A stretch of DNA of 22,266 nt from Selaginella moellendorffii (lineage: Eukaryota; Plantae; Lycopodiophyta): positions 195,541 through 217,806 of the forward strand of contig NW_003314310.1 in the NCBI RefSeq assembly GCF_000143415.4, read 5' to 3'. The notes under the pieces were generated by a model. The model worked only from the letters and a program-made list of their open reading frames with translations. It searched no databases and had not been told where the DNA came from. The first letter of the stretch is position 1. Every line of letters starts with the position of its first letter. The position numbers and the translations under genes are program-made. Below are positions 21,201-22,266 of the stretch, in pieces.

Positions 21201-21722
21201 TATAGACACAAATCCATCGAAATGCGAGAACTGGGTTGTCTTTACTTTACACCAATTATGTGGATCAAGACGCGTCTCCATACCCCTTTTCTTACTTGAC
21301 GAACTGGCCGGTGGAAACTCGAAGAATATATTCCCATTATAGGAAGAAGGAAGCTCCTCACCTCTCATGTATTGGAACTTCTTCAATTCCAACCGTAATG
21401 ATCGAGATTGCCGAAATGCCTTATCCACCACTTCAAAAACTAGTCCAGAAGGAACACACATACTTGTTTGGGAAGCTATGTTAGGAAATTCATCTTCTTC
21501 ACTTTCATCACTAGAGAGAATAACAACTTCATCCTTCACTCCTTGCACAGTTGGCTGTGAAATTGTTGCACTCTCCTTTACTCACTTTAGAGATCTTGTA
21601 ACTAGAATTTTTTGACCTGTACATCTATCAAGATCCCACTGAATCCCATTCTCTCCCACACCTCTGTTAAGAAAAATGGATTTTTCTATCTAATTACCCT
21701 TATCCCGACATACATTCTCCAA
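18203..21722 (-). pseudogene. Degenerate MULE transposase, copy 2 (5' end deleted)
   Basis: Colinear with 4498-7738. The 233-aa N-terminal ORF 20847..21548 is open here but frameshifted in copy 1. Stops remain in the catalytic core (e.g. CEFH*). SWIM ORF 18203..18496. Confidence 0.8.
20016..20370 (-). repeat. Inserted diverged duplicate of an internal MULE transposase segment
   Basis: Absent from unit 1 at ~6387. Similar (roughly 80-85% by eye) to 20442-20790 and 6459-6807, in the same orientation. Confidence 0.85.
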
Positions 21723-22266
21723 TGTGCTCCAACACTTCATATGGACCAGCATATCGATGGGAAAGTTTATCACTCTTCTTTGTCCGTAAAGGCACCAAGG
21801 TATTCCACCGCTCACTTGATGGAAAGATCACTCGCACAAAGACGAGATCACCCACCTTATATTCCCGGAATTGGTGATGCTCATTAGCAAACTTCTCCGC
21901 TCTATCCTGAGCTACTCGCAAACTCTATTTGCACACCACCAGAATCTCATCAAGTTTCAAATGCAATCCCAACTCCACTGCTGTTCAAGGATGCCTTCCA
22001 AACATGGCAAAGTAAGGATTTAGTTTGGTTCCACTGTGTTGGCCATTGTCGTAAGCAAATTGCACCAACAGAAGATATAGATCCCACTATCCTTGCCTTT
22101 GACCAATGCTACAACGTAGCATATCCTCCACCACCTGATTCACACGCTCGGTTTACCGATCCGTCTGAGGATGATTTCCAATCAAGAGTTTCAAAGTCAC
22201 TTACATAACCTTTGCAAAACTTTTCCAAAATCCACTGGTGAACTTTGAATCTCGATCACTAATGAT
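21723..22266 (-). mobile_element. Gypsy integrase fragment of unit 2 (3' LTR, PPT and IN C-terminus deleted)
   Basis: Colinear with 8866-9409 at offset 12857. ORF 21700..21921 reads LSHRYAGPYEVLEHIG and then runs into MULE sequence. Confidence 0.9.

Larger units (their letters stand above)
13710..22266. repeat. Tandem segmental duplication, unit 2 (partial)
   Basis: Direct copy of 1-9409. Relative to unit 1 it has small indels, a net 77-bp deletion at ~18615, a ~355-bp insertion at ~20016-20370 and a 1127-bp deletion at 21722/21723. Confidence 0.92.

Overview
Eukaryotic, plant-type DNA: GT-AG introns of 52-113 nt, a Met-tRNA PBS, and a MULE family typical of non-seed plants, so possibly a lycophyte such as Selaginella (inference). 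The window is about 1.6 copies of a ~13.7-kb direct tandem repeat. The first unit carries, all on the minus strand: (i) an apparently intact 4-exon gene of ~879 aa with a heptad coiled-coil header, a P-loop NTPase and a PD-QxK restriction-endonuclease-like domain, which matches the Crinkler/RHS-type CR-NTPase + CR-REase architecture; (ii) a decayed Mutator-like DDE/SWIM transposase; (iii) a decayed Ty3/Gypsy element whose 5'-LTR end, PBS and gag start are inverted in place. The second unit repeats the gene and the MULE and runs off the window inside the Gypsy integrase. The two gene copies are nearly identical, differing mostly by amino-acid-changing substitutions in the C-terminal (nuclease) half. 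The TE parts of the same units differ by up to ~7% and carry large indels.
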